Shown: positions 21,589-32,614, counted from the first letter of the stretch. The stretch: DNA of 64,000 nucleotides from Pseudolabrys sp. (GCA_036519515.1 DATDLC010000138.1:3636-67635), one strand, 5' to 3'. Notes: generated from the sequence alone by a model not told the origin. A program made the numbers and translations.

Positions 21589-21825
21589 TTAGGCGGCAGT
21601 CTGCCACTCGGCCATGGCGTCCTTTGCCGACTTTTTCAGGCGCACCTTGTCGTCGACCTTGTCGACCCAGTCGAGCGGAATGATGTGGTGCTGGCCTCCC
21701 GATTTCGGATCGCTTTTTGTCAGTTTGATCGTGGTCTCACCCTCCAGGTAGTCGACCGTTCCGACGTGCGCGCCGTCCGAGCCGCAAACTTCCATGTGTT
21801 CCTTGATTGATTGTGCATTGATCAT
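21589..21825 (-). CDS. DUF2171 family protein
   Basis: IKEHMEV.GSDG.HVGTVD and IKLTKSD...GQHH.IPLDWV motifs; AGGAGG RBS. Confidence 0.88.
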   Translation of the reverse strand: MINAQSIKEHMEVCGSDGAHVGTVDYLEGETTIKLTKSDPKSGGQHHIIPLDWVDKVDDKVRLKKSAKDAMAEWQTAA

Positions 21826-21848
21826 TCAGCACCTCCTGTTTTCGGGCT

Positions 21849-21874
21849 AACCCTTCCGTACTGCAGCCAGTTCT
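21849..21874 (-). promoter_or_regulatory. Putative EcfG (general stress sigma) promoter of the DUF2171 gene
   Basis: AGAAC-N17-GGTT, close to the GGAAC-N16/17-CGTT consensus. Confidence 0.5.
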
Positions 21875-21961
21875 CTATGATTTTTCAGGCGAATTGCTTT
21901 GCGCCGGTTGACCGTTCGGCCGGTTTCGTGTCAGTTCCGCGCGCCGTAACAAGACGTCCCA

Positions 21962-24598
21962 ATGACCGCCACGTCGAGCAAAAACGAGCGCTATAACGCC
22001 CGCGAGGCCGAAGCCCGTTGGCAGAAGATCTGGGCCGACCACGGCATCTTCTCGACCAAAAACAGCGACCCACGGCCGAAATATTATGTGCTCGAGATGT
22101 TTCCTTACCCCTCGGGGCGCATCCACATGGGGCACGTGCGCAACTACACGATGGGTGACGTGGTGGCGCGTTTCAAACGCGCCAGGGGCAACGCAGTGCT
22201 GCACCCGATGGGCTGGGACGCCTTCGGGATGCCGGCCGAGAACGCCGCGATCGATCGCAAGGTACATCCGAAGGCCTGGACCTACGACAACATCGCGGCG
22301 ATGAAAAAGCAGCTCCAGTCGATGGGCCTATCGCTCGACTGGGCGCGCGAGATCGCCACCTGCGATCCGGCCTATTACAGGCACCAGCAGAAGATGTTTC
22401 TCGACTTTCTCAAGGCCGGGTTGGTCGAGCGCAAGCAATCGAAGGTCAATTGGGATCCGGTCGATCAGACCGTCCTTGCCAACGAACAGGTCATCGACGG
22501 CCGCGGCTGGCGCTCCGGCGCTCCTGTCGAACAGCGCGAACTGACACAGTGGTTTTTCAAGATCAGCGACTATTCCGAAGATCTGCTGGAGGCGCTCGAC
22601 ACGCTCGACCGCTGGCCGGACAAGGTGCGCCTGATGCAGAAGAACTGGATCGGGCGCTCGGAAGGGCTGCTGCTGCGCTTTGCGCTCGATCCTGCGACGA
22701 CTCCGAACAAAGAGACCGAGTTGGAGATTTTCACCACGCGGCCGGATACCTTGTTCGGTGCCAAGTTCATGGCGCTATCGCCGGACCATCCTCTCGCCCA
22801 GGCTGCCGCGGCAAAAAATCCGAAGCTCGCGGCCTTCATCGAACAGTGCCACCGGATGGGCACCGCACAGGCCGAGATCGACACCGCCGAGAAGCTCGGT
22901 TTCGACACCGGTATGAAAGCCGTGCATCCGTTCGATGCCAATTGGAAACTGCCCGTCTATGTCGCCAATTTCATTTTGATGGATTACGGCACCGGCGCCA
23001 TTTTCGGCTGCCCTGCGCACGACCAGCGCGACCTGGACTTCGTCAATAAATACGGCCTCGGTAACACGCCGGTTGTCTGCCCGCCGAACCAGGACCCCAA
23101 GACTTTCGTCATCACCGACGTCGCCTATGACGGCGACGGCCGCATGATCAATTCGCGTTTCCTCGATGGCATGACGATCGAAGAGGCGAAGGAAGAAGTC
23201 GCAAGGCGCCTGGAAAAAGAGAAGCGCGGCAACAGGCCGGTCGCGCAATGCCAGGTGAACTACCGCCTGCGCGACTGGGGCATTTCCCGCCAACGCTATT
23301 GGGGTTGCCCGATTCCGATCATTCACTGCGAGACATGTGGTGTCGTGCCGGTGCCGGAGAAAGATCTGCCGGTAACGCTGCCGGAAGATGTGACCTTCGA
23401 CAGGCCGGGTAATCCGCTCGATCGTCACCCGACGTGGAAAACCGTGAAATGTCCCAAATGCTCGGGGCCGGCGCGTCGAGAAGCCGACACGATGGATACG
23501 TTCGTCGATTCATCTTGGTACTTCGCGCGCTTTACCGATCCGTGGATCGCGACGGCACCAACCGATCGCAAGATCGTGGATGAATGGCTTCCGGTCGATC
23601 AATACATTGGCGGCATCGAGCACGCCATTCTGCATTTGCTGTACTCGCGCTTCTTTACCCGCGCCATGCACAAGACGGGCCATGCCGGCATCGACGAGCC
23701 TTTTGCCGGGCTGTTCACGCAAGGCATGGTGGTTCATGAAACATATCGCGCGAAGAACGGCGAATGGATCGAGCCGGCCAATGTGAAGATCGAAGGCGTC
23801 GGCGATGCGCGGCGTGCGCTGATTGCCTCGACCGGCGAGCCGGTCGAGATCGGCTCGATCGAGAAGATGTCGAAATCGAAAAAGAACACGGTCGATCCCG
23901 ACGACATCATCGCGGCTTACGGCGCGGATACCGCGCGCTGGTTCATGCTGTCCGATTCTCCGCCTGATCGCGACGTGATCTGGACCGAGGAAGGCGTGCA
24001 GGGCGCGTGGCGTTTCGTTCAGCGCTTGTGGAGGCTGGTCGGCGAAATTGCGGATATCGACGCTCCGGATACGCGACCGGCCAAATTTGGCGAAGAGGCA
24101 CTGGTCGTGCGCAAGGCGGCGCACCGCGCGCTTGCGCATGTCTCCGAGGATATCGACAAGTTGCGCTTCAACCGCTGCGTTGCGCACATCTACGAATTCG
24201 CCAATGCACTCAGCGATGCCCTGGGCGACGTCGAAAAGGCGCCGGCTGAGGATTTCCGCTGGACCCTGCGGGAGGCTGGTAATATCCTGATCCGGCTGTT
24301 TCACCCGATGATGCCGCATTTGGCCGAGGAATGCTGGGCGGTGCTTGGCCACAAAACCCTGGTCGCCAGCGAGGCCTGGCCCCAGGTCGAGCCGGATTTG
24401 CTGGTCGAAAGCAGCATTACCTTGCCGGTTCAGATCAATGGCAAAAAGCGCGCCGATGTGACGGTCGCCCGCGATGCGAGAAATTCCGACATAGAGGCTG
24501 CCGTTCTGGCTCTCGATGCGGTAAAAAAGGCGCTGGGGGGCAAAAGCCCGAAAAAGGTCATTGTCGTCCCGCAAAGGATAGTCAATGTCGTCGTCTGA
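21962..24598 (+). CDS. leuS: Leucine--tRNA ligase
   Basis: MFPYPSG, HMGH and KMSKS motifs. Confidence 0.98.
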   Translation: MTATSSKNERYNAREAEARWQKIWADHGIFSTKNSDPRPKYYVLEMFPYPSGRIHMGHVRNYTMGDVVARFKRARGNAVLHPMGWDAFGMPAENAAIDRKVHPKAWTYDNIAAMKKQLQSMGLSLDWAREIATCDPAYYRHQQKMFLDFLKAGLVERKQSKVNWDPVDQTVLANEQVIDGRGWRSGAPVEQRELTQWFFKISDYSEDLLEALDTLDRWPDKVRLMQKNWIGRSEGLLLRFALDPATTPNKETELEIFTTRPDTLFGAKFMALSPDHPLAQAAAAKNPKLAAFIEQCHRMGTAQAEIDTAEKLGFDTGMKAVHPFDANWKLPVYVANFILMDYGTGAIFGCPAHDQRDLDFVNKYGLGNTPVVCPPNQDPKTFVITDVAYDGDGRMINSRFLDGMTIEEAKEEVARRLEKEKRGNRPVAQCQVNYRLRDWGISRQRYWGCPIPIIHCETCGVVPVPEKDLPVTLPEDVTFDRPGNPLDRHPTWKTVKCPKCSGPARREADTMDTFVDSSWYFARFTDPWIATAPTDRKIVDEWLPVDQYIGGIEHAILHLLYSRFFTRAMHKTGHAGIDEPFAGLFTQGMVVHETYRAKNGEWIEPANVKIEGVGDARRALIASTGEPVEIGSIEKMSKSKKNTVDPDDIIAAYGADTARWFMLSDSPPDRDVIWTEEGVQGAWRFVQRLWRLVGEIADIDAPDTRPAKFGEEALVVRKAAHRALAHVSEDIDKLRFNRCVAHIYEFANALSDALGDVEKAPAEDFRWTLREAGNILIRLFHPMMPHLAEECWAVLGHKTLVASEAWPQVEPDLLVESSITLPVQINGKKRADVTVARDARNSDIEAAVLALDAVKKALGGKSPKKVIVVPQRIVNVVV

Positions 24599-25292
24599 TA
24601 CCTCGCGGCCGACCTCGTCCGACACGATCTGTATCGGGTCGTCTGACGGCATGCGATTGTATTCGTTTCTCGGGCGTGTGGGGTCTTCTCGCGCCGCGCG
24701 GTCATTCTCCTGCCTCCCGCGTCTGAGGCCGTCCGACGCCGCGCGGGTCGGCCGGATCTTTTTCGCGTTGGGGCTCGCGGGTCTTGTCGCCGGGTGCTTC
24801 CAGCCGCTGTATGCCGAGCATCCTTTGCCGGTCGGCGGTGCGGCCGGTGGTCCGGGTGTCGTCGGGCAGATGCGCGGCGTCGACGTCGCCCCAATCGACG
24901 CCGCCGCCGGCAGCCGTCTCGCCCGCGTCAGCGTGAATGTACGTAACGAGCTGATTTACGACCTAACAGGCGGCGGCGGCGGTTTTTCGCCGACGCATCG
25001 ACTGGATGTGAAACTCGTCGCAACTCAGTTGCAGGTGATCGTCGACATCAACACCGCCCGTCCCGACATCAATAACTATGGCATCGATGGCACCTACACG
25101 TTGACCGAACTCGCGACCGGACGAGTCGTTGTCAAAGGGCAAACTTTCGCACGCGTGTCCTACAACATTCCAGGTCAACAGCAACGATTTGCCGGTGAGC
25201 GTGGTCTGCGCGACGCCGAAAACCGTGCCGCCAAGGAAATCGCAGAAAATATCCGCACGCGACTCGCCTCGTTCTTCGTAGCGGGCACATAA
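24585..25292 (+). CDS. lptE: LPS assembly lipoprotein LptE with a long N-terminus
   Basis: Lipobox [10 protein letters not shown]; lies between leuS and holA; start overlaps the leuS stop. Confidence 0.85.
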   Translation: MSSSDTSRPTSSDTICIGSSDGMRLYSFLGRVGSSRAARSFSCLPRLRPSDAARVGRIFFALGLAGLVAGCFQPLYAEHPLPVGGAAGGPGVVGQMRGVDVAPIDAAAGSRLARVSVNVRNELIYDLTGGGGGFSPTHRLDVKLVATQLQVIVDINTARPDINNYGIDGTYTLTELATGRVVVKGQTFARVSYNIPGQQQRFAGERGLRDAENRAAKEIAENIRTRLASFFVAGT

Positions 25293-25307
25293 ATTTCACG
25301 CGGCGTC

Positions 25308-26336
25308 ATGACTGCCATCAAAGCCGCCGACGTCGACCGTTTCATTGCCAATCCAAACCCGGCGCAACCTATCGTGCTGGTCTTCGGGCCCGACACAGGT
25401 CTTGTGCGGGAACGGGTGGACGCGCTGGTGCACGCATCCGTCGACAACCCAAATGACCCGTTCGCGCTGGCACGCATCGAGGGTGATGAACTGGCGGGCA
25501 ATCCGTCGCGGCTCGTCGAAGAGGCGCATACGGTGCCGCTGTTTGGCGGACGGCGAGCTGTTTTGGTAAAGGTCGGCGGACGCAATATCGCGTCCGCGGT
25601 CGAGACCGTTATTAACGCCCCTTCCAGCGAATGCCGGATCATCATTGAAGCCGGCAATCTCAGCAAGAGCGCTCCGCTGCGTTCCCTCTGTGAGAAGGCT
25701 AAGGTCGCTGCCGCGCTACCCTGCTACGCCGACAGCGAACGCGCACTCGCCCAATTGATTGATGAGGAATTGCGCACGGCTGGCCTCACCATCGCGGCGG
25801 ACGCCCGCGGCGCACTGCTGGAACTGATCGGGGGGGATCGGTTGGCCTCTCGTAACGAGATCCGCAAGCTCGTGCTTTATGCAAAAGATCAAAAAAACAT
25901 CGAACTTGCCGACGTAATGGCGATCGTTGCGGACGCCTCACAGATCGCGCTTGATGGGTTGATCGATGCCGTTTTTGCCGGAAAAACGGCGGAAGCCGAT
26001 AATGAATTCGCCAAGGCACGGGCAAGCGGCTCATCTCCGCCAACTATCGTTTCGGCAGCAATCCGCCAGGTCGCCAATTTGCATAAGATGAAGCTTGCAA
26101 TTGATAGTGGCGATTCAATTGAATTCGTGATGAAGCGCGGTGCGCCACCAGTGCATTTTTCTCGCGAGCGCAGCGTCGGCGAAGCGCTGCGCGTCTGGAC
26201 GCCGCTGCGGCTGATGCGCGCGATGGAGCAGTTGGCCGATGCCTCGCTGGAGATGCGACGGAATGCCCCTCTGGCGCAAGCGATCGCGCAGCGCGCTCTA
26301 CTGTCGCTCGCGACGAGTGCGCGCAAAACAAGCTAG
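25308..26336 (+). CDS. holA: DNA polymerase III subunit delta
   Basis: LVFGPDTGLVRER and GGDRLASRNE motifs; synteny. Confidence 0.93.
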   Translation: MTAIKAADVDRFIANPNPAQPIVLVFGPDTGLVRERVDALVHASVDNPNDPFALARIEGDELAGNPSRLVEEAHTVPLFGGRRAVLVKVGGRNIASAVETVINAPSSECRIIIEAGNLSKSAPLRSLCEKAKVAAALPCYADSERALAQLIDEELRTAGLTIAADARGALLELIGGDRLASRNEIRKLVLYAKDQKNIELADVMAIVADASQIALDGLIDAVFAGKTAEADNEFAKARASGSSPPTIVSAAIRQVANLHKMKLAIDSGDSIEFVMKRGAPPVHFSRERSVGEALRVWTPLRLMRAMEQLADASLEMRRNAPLAQAIAQRALLSLATSARKTS

Positions 26337-26417
26337 CAAAATCCGTCCTGTTTTATGAAAGGTCAAAATCCAAACTAAGACATTTAGGACTGATCAATCA
26401 TTTTTCGTTAAACATTT

Positions 26418-26779
26418 TTGGATGATTGCGATCACTCGCCCAGAAGTCGACATGTTGACCATCGAAGCCCGCGCGCCAAGTTCTGGCATTTCGCGATCGT
26501 TTCATTGTTCTTCGTGGCAGTCGTTGGCTCCGGGCTGTTCCTGGGCGCCGTCATGGTCATAGGGACGCTTCAAGGTGACGGCTTAAATGAGCTAACGGCG
26601 GATCGGCGTACCGGCGTACCGGCCGTATCGCTCGCTCACTGCATAACGGAAAACTCTGCCACTATATCGTCTTTGACAACAAGACCGCGACGGCAGTCGA
26701 GGACCGGGTTGGCCGCTGCGATGAAGACAAGCCCAAGCCAAAAAAAGAGAGACCAGGAACCTTCAGCTGGGGCAGATAA
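26418..26779 (+). pseudogene. Small single-TM hypothetical protein frameshifted by an 8-bp tandem duplication
   Basis: CGGCGTAC occurs twice (26604-26619). Removing one copy gives ...DRRTGRIARSLHNGKLCHYIVFDNKT...GRCDE...FSWGR, with the stop at 26777-26779. Confidence 0.6.
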
Positions 26780-26793
26780 AGTCGCCGGACCAT

Positions 26794-27699
26794 CTAAAGA
26801 TTCAATTGGTAGCTGTGCGGCACCCAGCGGTAACCGCTCTGCCCCTTGTCGATGTAACCGATGCCGGGAAATGGCATGTGGAAGCTGGCGACAAAGATCC
26901 TGTCGGCCGCAAGCAGGTCCAGCATGCGCTTACGCACCGTCACTGCTTTTTCTTTGTCGTCATCCATCTCGAAGTGCCATTCTGGACGCTGTACAGCCAT
27001 GACGTATTGCGTGCACGTGTCAGCAGTAATCATCACCCGCTTTCCCTCGCTTTCGACGTGAAATGCCAGCAGACCAAGCGAATGGCCTGCTGCATCGACT
27101 GCAGTGACGCCCGGGACAACCTGATCGCCCGGCTTGATAAATTTCGAACGATCCGCCAGCGGGACACAGATTTTCACGAATAGCTCGCGATTGAACTTGC
27201 GTGCTTCTCGCACATTCTCGCCGCGTTTCCAGAAATCAAACTCGGCAGCGCCGAATACATAGTTGGCGTTCGGAAAAACCGGCTTTCCGCCTTCGACCAG
27301 ACCGCCGATATGATCCGGGTGGCCGTGCGTAATGACAATAACGTCGATGTCTTCCGGACGATATCCAGCAGCCGCGAGTCGCGCAGCCGTTTGTCCGGGT
27401 GGCAACCGTTTGCTGAGCTGTTCATATTCGCGCGGAAGGGCACCATTGCCGGTATCGAACAGCACCAATTGCTTCCCGGTATTCACGAGTGTTGGAATGT
27501 TGGGATGTTCGAACCGTTGGGTATCGATATTGTTGGCGCGGGCAAGCGCGTGTACCTCATCAATAGAAGCATTTGCGCCATAGTGAGGGTGTAATCCGTC
27601 GCGGATCGCTTTGGCGTCCAGGATTGTGGCGACTTCAAACGCCCCGAGCTTAAAACGATAGATTGTCGGCTGTAATTCGCCTTTCAGTGAAGCAGGCAC
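26794..27699 (-). CDS. MBL-fold metallo-hydrolase
   Basis: THGHPDHIGG, GHS and FHMPFPG motifs; GTG start with GAGGAG RBS. Confidence 0.9.
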   Translation of the reverse strand: MPASLKGELQPTIYRFKLGAFEVATILDAKAIRDGLHPHYGANASIDEVHALARANNIDTQRFEHPNIPTLVNTGKQLVLFDTGNGALPREYEQLSKRLPPGQTAARLAAAGYRPEDIDVIVITHGHPDHIGGLVEGGKPVFPNANYVFGAAEFDFWKRGENVREARKFNRELFVKICVPLADRSKFIKPGDQVVPGVTAVDAAGHSLGLLAFHVESEGKRVMITADTCTQYVMAVQRPEWHFEMDDDKEKAVTVRKRMLDLLAADRIFVASFHMPFPGIGYIDKGQSGYRWVPHSYQLNL

Positions 27700-27859
27700 G
27701 TTGGGCTCCTCCCGATTGTTGTCACGCCTACCGCCGATCCTTAGCAGCCAGGGCCGGCAGCGATCCAGCACAGAAATGAACACGGGCCAGTGCCTTCCCT
27801 GGGATCGCACTCGCGCTCTATGCTCGCCCTGCAATCCAGCGAACGGCAGGAATCGTTGA

Positions 27860-28087
27860 ATGGCCCGAAAAAAGCGCAAATTGCCTGATGGCAAAAAAAG
27901 GAAAAAATCGAGAGCTCCGCTGAAAAAGCGAAGTCGACGCAGCGTCAGAGCACGAACGCAGAAGCAGCGCTCGCGCATGGTAATCGATAGAGTTAAGAGC
28001 GCCTATCGTGCCGTTGCGGATACGGTCAAAGGAACTGACCAGCTTCGCAACAAGATGGAGCCCCCGGCAACGTCAGAAACCGAGTAG
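27860..28087 (+). CDS. Small Lys/Arg-rich hypothetical protein
   Basis: 75 aa with a very basic N-half and an amphipathic C-terminal helix; CAGGA RBS. Confidence 0.55.
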   Translation: MARKKRKLPDGKKRKKSRAPLKKRSRRSVRARTQKQRSRMVIDRVKSAYRAVADTVKGTDQLRNKMEPPATSETE

Positions 28088-28090
28088 CTG

Positions 28091-28172
28091 TCAGACCCGG
28101 CCCATCAGGACCAGAATCAAAACGATTACCAGGACCACGCATCCTCGCCTCCTCGGCAAAACGCCCAGGATG
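28091..28172 (-). pseudogene. Remnant of a DUF3309-like small membrane protein
   Basis: ILGVLP...VVLVIVLILVLMGRV-stop, with no start codon and no central WGY/PSGG segment. Confidence 0.5.
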
Positions 28173-28173
28173 A

Positions 28174-28199
28174 AACGCTGAATTCGCAATATTTGTTCC
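28174..28199 (-). promoter_or_regulatory. EcfG-type promoter
   Basis: Exact GGAAC-N17-CGTT on the minus strand. Confidence 0.65.
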
Positions 28200-28283
28200 G
28201 TCGCAGCGCCGCAGCTGTCGGCTCCAAAATCTTTGCTTGTGCTGAGTATGAGAAAATTCAATTTGTTGCAGATTGAGGGCGTC

Positions 28284-28706
28284 ATGCCGAAAATTCGTCA
28301 GGCAAATTATCCAGTGGTCGAACTCGTACTCGATACTGTTGGTGGCTGGTTCGGCAAACATAGTCGAACAAGTCGACCAGCCGAGGATTTTGACCGGTGT
28401 AGTGTGGAGGAATTGGTCGCGATTGCCAAAGACCTCGGCATCTCGGCTTGCGAACTCCGAGGCCTCGCCGCAAAAGGATCCGGCGCCGCCGATCTTGTGG
28501 GAACACTGTTAACTGAATTGCGCGTCGAGCGGACTGCACTCGATCCATCCATCATGCGTAATCTTCAGCGGTTGTGCATCGTCTGCCGGCAGAAGAGCCG
28601 CTGTCAACGCGAGCTGACCAAGGGAACGGTCGCCGAACATTTCCGCGAGTTCTGCCCCAACGCTTTCACGCTCAGTGCGCTCCTGGAAGGAAACGGGCGG
28701 CACTAG
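28284..28706 (+). CDS. DUF6455-like four-Cys protein
   Basis: DLGIS..ELR and LQRLCIVCRQKSRC...FCPNA motifs. Confidence 0.7.
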   Translation: MPKIRQANYPVVELVLDTVGGWFGKHSRTSRPAEDFDRCSVEELVAIAKDLGISACELRGLAAKGSGAADLVGTLLTELRVERTALDPSIMRNLQRLCIVCRQKSRCQRELTKGTVAEHFREFCPNAFTLSALLEGNGRH

Positions 28707-28729
28707 CGGTTCACAAGCACATCATCATG

Positions 28730-30862
28730 TCATTGCCCACTCGACGGGCGATCAAGGAGTTGCCTGATCTTCCGAGCAAGAACGCGTTCGGTCAGAGGCT
28801 TTGGAATGAGCTCAATCCCTGGATCCAATCGGCCGTGGTGAACGATCGCGTTTCGCGAATAACCGGTCATGAAAATTATTTTCGTCCCCGGCCGGCGTTG
28901 TTCAACCTCATTGGCTAGCTCACGACCGTTCTTGCCGGGAAGCACTACATCCGTAAGCAATAGATCGAATTTCTTGTCAGCATCCAGAAGCCGCAACGCC
29001 GTTGCCGAGTCTTTGGCCTCGATAACCTGGTAGTTCAGGTCCCTCAGGATCTCCGATGCATACTGGCGAACACCGTCATCATCCTCGACAATGAGTATCG
29101 TTTCGCCGCCGCCACGTTGGGAATTCAGCTGATCATCTCCAGAACTGACCACTTCATCGCCTTCTCGGCGTGGCAGGTAGAGCTTGATCGTGGTGCCCTC
29201 CCCGGGCTCACTATAGATCTTTACGTGGCCCCCGGATTGTTTCATGAAGCCATAGACTTGGCTCAGCCCCAATCCGGTGCCTTTGCCGGCCTCCTTTGTC
29301 GTGAAAAACGGCTCGAAGGCGCGATCGATTGTTTCCGCCGACATACCCGCACCACTGTCAGACACGGCGACAAGAATGTATTGGCCGGGCGCAATGTTTT
29401 CGTGCTCGCGACAATATTCCTCATCGAGATAGGCATTGCTCGTCTCGATCGTAAGTTTGCCGCCATTCGGCATGGCGTCGCGCGCATTCAGCGCGAGATT
29501 GAGTAACGTTGATTCCATTTCCGATGCATCAACTTCGACCTTCCAAAGACCTGCCCCGCTGATTGTCTCGAGTGCGATATTTTCGCCAAGCGTGCGGGTC
29601 AGCAGGTCAGAGATAGCAACAATAAGCTTGTTGATGTCGAGCAGACGAGGATCAAGTGGCTGCCGGCGCGAGAAGGCAAGCAGTCGTTGGGTCAACTGCG
29701 CAGCACGCTCCGCACCCACGAGGGCATTGTTGAGCGCTCGTTCTGCTCGCGCCTCGACGACACCTCGTTTGGCAATTCCTAGGTTTCCAATAATGATCGT
29801 GAGAAGATTATTGAAATCGTGTGCAACGCCCCCGGTCAGTTGACCAACGGCCTCCATCTTCTGCGATTGTCGGAGTGCCTGCTCTGCCAGATCGCGACGT
29901 TCGGCTTCAGCATACAGGGCTCTCGTGCGTCGCATCGCAAGCAGAACAAGTGTGAAGAGCACCAGCGTGGCCGGAATTCCGAAAACAAGATGGCTGGCCA
30001 TTGTACCCATCCAGGCATACAGAATCGTGTCGATCGGTAGCCCGTCCGAAACATAGAGGTCTGCATATCCAAGCTTGAGATATGCGAAACGGCGTTGAAC
30101 ATCATCAACAGAGTACGAGGTGGTTACAAATCCGCCCTCGGGGTGATCGACAACGCTGAGCATGAATCCGCTATCGGGTCGGAAATGTGTGACGTCACCG
30201 GTCGGCATCGGATAGCGGGCTAGAATTGCACCATCGCTTTTCGAGAGAGTGAAACTGGCCCTCGTTTCGCCAGCAAGCTGCCGGTAGAATTCAGTAAACA
30301 CTTTTGGTGTGACCGAGATCATGATGATCCCGTTGAATTGCCCATCGCGTAGTGAACGCCGCCGACTGATGCCGAAAAACGACTCCTGTCTCACTCGCGA
30401 TTGTGAGGCCGCGCCGACATACGTGCCCGCATCGCGCTCCACCTGCATCTGGAAATAGTCGCGATCGGCAACGTCTAGGCCGGTCGGAATTGGCAAGACC
30501 GCCGACGAAACGATCGTGTGTCCAGTCCTGTCGGCAACCAATATGGCGTCGATGGCCTTTACGGATTTCTCGAGTTTTCCCAACTGCTGATGAAGCGTTT
30601 GATCGGACGATTTGATCTGTTCATCGGTAAGGTCGCCGAGGATGGCATCGACGGCCGTGAAAGTCAGATCGACCGACTGGAAAATTCCTGATGCCTGCTG
30701 GGACAGGATATTCAGCGAGGCCGCAAGTTCGTCATCCGCCCGTCCAAGAGCGTTCTGATAATTTATCCAGCTGGCGTAGGAGAAAATCGCCACCGGGATG
30801 ACAATCGAGGCCACCAGCATCGTTTTGAGGAGGCGTAGAGCGGCATCACGGCGCGCGCGCAT
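28730..30862 (-). CDS. Hybrid sensor histidine kinase/response regulator with a periplasmic Cache-like domain
   Basis: Two TMs, H-box VAHDFNNLL, NARDAM, FFTTK..GKGTGLGL and a C-terminal receiver. Confidence 0.93.
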   Translation of the reverse strand: MRARRDAALRLLKTMLVASIVIPVAIFSYASWINYQNALGRADDELAASLNILSQQASGIFQSVDLTFTAVDAILGDLTDEQIKSSDQTLHQQLGKLEKSVKAIDAILVADRTGHTIVSSAVLPIPTGLDVADRDYFQMQVERDAGTYVGAASQSRVRQESFFGISRRRSLRDGQFNGIIMISVTPKVFTEFYRQLAGETRASFTLSKSDGAILARYPMPTGDVTHFRPDSGFMLSVVDHPEGGFVTTSYSVDDVQRRFAYLKLGYADLYVSDGLPIDTILYAWMGTMASHLVFGIPATLVLFTLVLLAMRRTRALYAEAERRDLAEQALRQSQKMEAVGQLTGGVAHDFNNLLTIIIGNLGIAKRGVVEARAERALNNALVGAERAAQLTQRLLAFSRRQPLDPRLLDINKLIVAISDLLTRTLGENIALETISGAGLWKVEVDASEMESTLLNLALNARDAMPNGGKLTIETSNAYLDEEYCREHENIAPGQYILVAVSDSGAGMSAETIDRAFEPFFTTKEAGKGTGLGLSQVYGFMKQSGGHVKIYSEPGEGTTIKLYLPRREGDEVVSSGDDQLNSQRGGGETILIVEDDDGVRQYASEILRDLNYQVIEAKDSATALRLLDADKKFDLLLTDVVLPGKNGRELANEVEQRRPGTKIIFMTGYSRNAIVHHGRLDPGIELIPKPLTERVLARKIRQLLDRPSSGQ

Positions 30863-31494
30863 TCGACAAAACTCTTTAAGCGGGGCTATGAATGTATTCG
30901 GGATACCTATCCATGAAAAGAAGAAAAGGCTGACCTCGCCCTCCGGTGCAGCAGTTCGGCAACATCTTCAAACGCAGACGCAAGTTCCGCCACAATGCGG
31001 CCGTCGGGCCCACGTTCGGCACAATCCTGTTTGACAGGCATCTGACGCATTGCGCTCACCAGCAGCCAGATCGTTCGACGACAAAATTATTGGTACCGCG
31101 CTGTCTCACGAAAGACGTTGCCGCCTTGCACAAGAAAATCGCACAAAGATGCCGATGAAGAGATAAAGCCGACTTACTGCCGGCCGAAACCAATCGTTGC
31201 GACACATGTTCGCTACCGACGTCAACGACCTTGAGGCGTGGTCTGCGTGTTGGGCCTGGAGCGCACGCAAAGGTGTGAGCCAAAGCCGATCGAACACTTC
31301 GCTATTTTGGAGGACCGTCGGAAAGCGGTCTTAGTTTTTTCCAGACACTAATTGTCGCGCACGCGTCATAGCCCGAACGGACGATGGTTCTCATTGTGCA
31401 TTTACATCAAAATCTATGAATTTTTTCACGACGTTTTTTACGGCCGTTTCAGGCGGCCCCTGTAGGAATCCTAGTCGAAGGCAGTTTAAGAGTG

Positions 31495-32603
31495 ATGGTA
31501 TTGATGTTCTCGCCAGCGTCATCGTCCAAAGTAAGGCGGAAATCAGATTCGTGGAGCGCACCCCGCGACAGGATAGTAATCGCTTTTGCCATTGCGATTG
31601 CCGTGTTGCCTTGGATTGTCTGGGACGATGAGCAGCAAAACGTCACGCCAAATTTGACCGAGCTGCGCACCGATTCTGATTTCGTAGTTCTGACTGTTAT
31701 CGACGCCGAACCTCCATCGGACGCGCGCGAAGCCAGTGTCTCCTTTGGGGACGACGACGTGGAGTCGAGATCGCAACTGTCCGCATCATGCCCGATCAAG
31801 GCTGGCAAATTCGATTTGTCGCTTCTCGAATTGACGCAACAGGCTCTGAACCCGGCCCCACTCCTGACCATTCCGCAGAGGGGGCAAGAAATGTTGGACA
31901 CGATGGGTGCTGCGCTGGCTAGCATCGGCAGCTTGGACCTTGTCGCCTATGCTCGACGTAAGATCGTGCCGGATTTTTCTGCCGCGTACGGTGATATTGT
32001 GAAGCGGGTCGCATTGATGGCCCTTACGCGTCTCCAGGAGGAGGCGGCGTTCGCGCACGCGACAATCGTCGGTACTGTTTCCACCTACAATCCGTTTCGT
32101 GCCGGCAAGGAAGAAGGTGGGCCCAGACCGCATCCGGCGAAGCCTACGACCCCGAAGCTTGGACTGCAGCAATAAAGACGGACCTGCGCGATCAATTCCG
32201 TGGGGTTCGGTATGGAAGGCTCTATCAGCCGACTTTGCGCTGGTGGAAAGCGGCGACAAACAGCTGATTGTCAAGATCAACGATGTTGGACCGCTTTAGG
32301 CCGGGGCGTGTGCTCGACCTTAACGAGCGAAGCATGCGGCATTCTGATCCGTCCATGACGCGAGGCCTTCTCGACGATGTCAGGATTACTCTCCTGCCTA
32401 GCGAAAACTGGACCCCCCGGCCCGTCAGTAGCACGTATGCAATTAACCTCGCGCCCGAGCGGACCGTTTCGACCCAATCCAAGTCAATCGATTTAACAGG
32501 CTGGCAAATAGATACAGAGATGGCGCGCCGACTCGCTCCGCTCGCGGATCCCTTCGCGAGTGAAGAGATCCGCGTCGAAGCGAGCCTGAAAAGCGGCAGC
32601 TGA
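31495..32603 (+). pseudogene. RlpA-like (double-psi beta-barrel) protein, three frameshifts
   Basis: Fragments STYNPF...GGP / TASGEAYDPEAWTAA / LIVKINDVGPL / PGRVLDL lie in different frames (shifts near 32124, 32234 and 32295). Confidence 0.75.
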
Positions 32604-32614
32604 TCTGTTCGTAG

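Noticed and set aside
30954-31023. GTTC(G/C)GC recurring at an exact 30-bp period three times
   Set aside because: Too short and degenerate for a CRISPR or iteron array. It is explicable as Ala-Glu codons of a possible 47-aa minus-strand ORF that I cannot support further.
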